Shown piece by piece: positions 50,104 to 51,895 of a stretch of 51,895 bases of DNA; the stretch's first letter is position 1; each line of letters begins with the position of its first letter. Location: assembly GCA_021432655.1 (NCBI GenBank), contig MU271249.1, forward strand, positions 1 to 51,895. Direction: 5' to 3'. The notes under the pieces are model-generated. The model saw only the letters and a program-made list of their open reading frames with translations. It ran no database searches and was not told where the DNA came from. A program made the position numbers and the translations under genes. This stretch comes from Atractiella rhizophila (Eukaryota).

Positions 50104-51895
50104 TACCAATGTTGTATGCACTCCTAGTATGTAAAAGCAGATGTCTAACCAATGGTCAGAGTTCCTTGAGGAACACGGTGGTACACACCGTCCGTGCCTA
50201 GTGCAGATAAGTTCGGACGATGAAATGTGTCAAGTTCTTTAAGTTGGCGGACCAAATTGAATTTTTTGGAGCCAGGGGTCGGATGGAGTGTTCGCTTTCT
50301 GTTCCTCAGTCGGAGAGATTGAATGATGGAAGATGGTGGCTTTGTGGCATCATCGGGGATTTTATTGGTGACTTTCAGATCATTTTGATAATCTATTGAC
50401 AAGCAGCACCTGTACCCTTTTATCATTCCCAGTTAATTAGCAATTGAATAATCTGTGTTGGATCCATTGCAGTATATCAACAATTCATTGCACTATTTTT
50501 GGGCACATTCAATGGGTATTAATCCTTCAGATAGAGGCACTAAAGATTCAGTTCAAGCCATACAGTTGTGGTTATTTCAATTTCTATCTTTTTCCTTACA
50601 GGTAATTTAATGCTCTAGTTATTTCTCGTCTATCTTCTCAAGGTACTTCTTCTCACAGACAATATGTTGTGAATTTGATTATCCACCTTTTCTCCCCTAA
50701 TAACTGTCCAATAATCCAAGACCAAGAACAGAACATGTAGTGTTTGCAACTCCTTGTATTCTGTTGGATAGGTGATTTCCTTCACTTGTCTGCAAACTAA
50801 TTTGATGGAGTAGAGATCAAATGAAGATATTATCCGGATTGAAAGAAGTGGCTACTCAACCGTCATGCTGTGATGTTGTACAAGGTCCCCACTCTTGCTA
50901 TTCCACCTAGATTAAACAAGTGTGTCTGTAGCCTTTGTCCCTCAGGCTGTCCAATGCACTTGCAAGGTGTATGGCCCTTGAACCCTACAGTGACTCATTT
51001 TGAGTCCAGCACAAAATGCAATTTTTTTATTCTTTCAGAATAACATTTCTTTGCAGCTTCAGTAAGAGGCAAGCATATGGGCTATGATGCAATAATTCAT
51101 TCATTCTATTTTGCATGGTTGGGAGGTATGAGGCCTGTCAAGTTTGGTTTGGGAATTTGGACGATTTGGGACAATTCTAGCTTTATTAGGGAACCATTGG
51201 GAGGAGCTGTAGGAGCTGCATGGCTGTGCGTGCTACTGCATCAAACAATGATGAGCTCGATCATACAGTCAGACCCCTAAACATACAGGCCCTCAGTGGA
51301 CCAGCTAAGCTTGTATACGAGCAGGGGCACCAAAAAAGGGGACTTGTAGCTGGAATATTGTCGGAAAACATCGGATATCATAAGTATATGTCATATAGTG
51401 TTTGGAATCAACTGTAGCGCCATGCTCACTTGCTCTGCACGAAAGAACCCAAGGTGGTCTGTACCCGAGACTCCTTTGTGAACTGAACTTTTCGCTTGAA
51501 AACTCCTTCAGTGCCTTTGTGCACAACATTCTAAACTGTCTCGCAACCCCGCTATCACGCAGCATACCTTCCTCTCACAACAATTGAGCCACCGCCGTCG
51601 GTTCGTCCAGAGTCGGCAGAGGTTTGAGTTCGACTGTGTCGTTGCCGTCAGGATCCTCTTCATTGCCGAGCCCGAGCGTTTCTGGGTGCATTATTGCCTG
51701 AAAAAGAAGGTTCTGAATGTCACGTGCTGCACTCTTAACATGCAATCAAAAATTGCGTGCAACTCCTTGCATACTGAGAAATGAATATGCAATGCATAAA
51801 GTACAAAATACATAGGAACGAGGTTGGTGGACGATTTTTCCTTGCAAGTAAAGAGGTTTGCATATTGACTAGTATGCATATTAGCGAGTCTGACT

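Noticed and set aside
50104..51895. Possible decayed MULE-like coding remnant or RIM15 receiver exons
   Set aside because: Stop-riddled; no convincing catalytic or REC motifs seen by eye.
1..51895. tRNA, rRNA or prokaryotic-type systems
   Set aside because: None recognised; gene structure is spliceosomal and fungal throughout.

Overview
Eukaryotic, intron-rich (introns about 50 nt) fungal DNA, most likely a basidiomycete (Pucciniomycotina-like transposon families; taxon is inference). The window is a transposon graveyard with nested insertions. It holds a complete but decayed PIF/Harbinger element (TTA TSD, TIRs) carrying a solo LTR with a 5-bp TSD, and a decayed CACTA/EnSpm tnp2 transposase with a probable divergent accessory gene. 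It also holds a hAT remnant, a near full-length Tad1-like LINE with RNase H and a (CAT)n tail plus an internally deleted relative, and an apparently intact CMC-like (DDTSGN..KKWNKH) transposase with a divergent partner gene. Host-gene copies are damaged or partial: a VAC8 pseudogene, a single BET2-like exon, and a RIM15/Cek1-like kinase lacking its receiver domain. The most striking structure is a near-perfect 4,981-bp palindrome (14476-19456; two 2,466-bp arms, 49-bp spacer) built from a dead Ty3/gypsy gag-pol fragment and bounded by LTR termini. Its centre preserves a short native inverted repeat that could have primed a fold-back event, making it a candidate hairpin-RNA (Mu-killer-like) silencing locus. 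All alignments were done by eye; family names rest on recognised motifs, not database searches.
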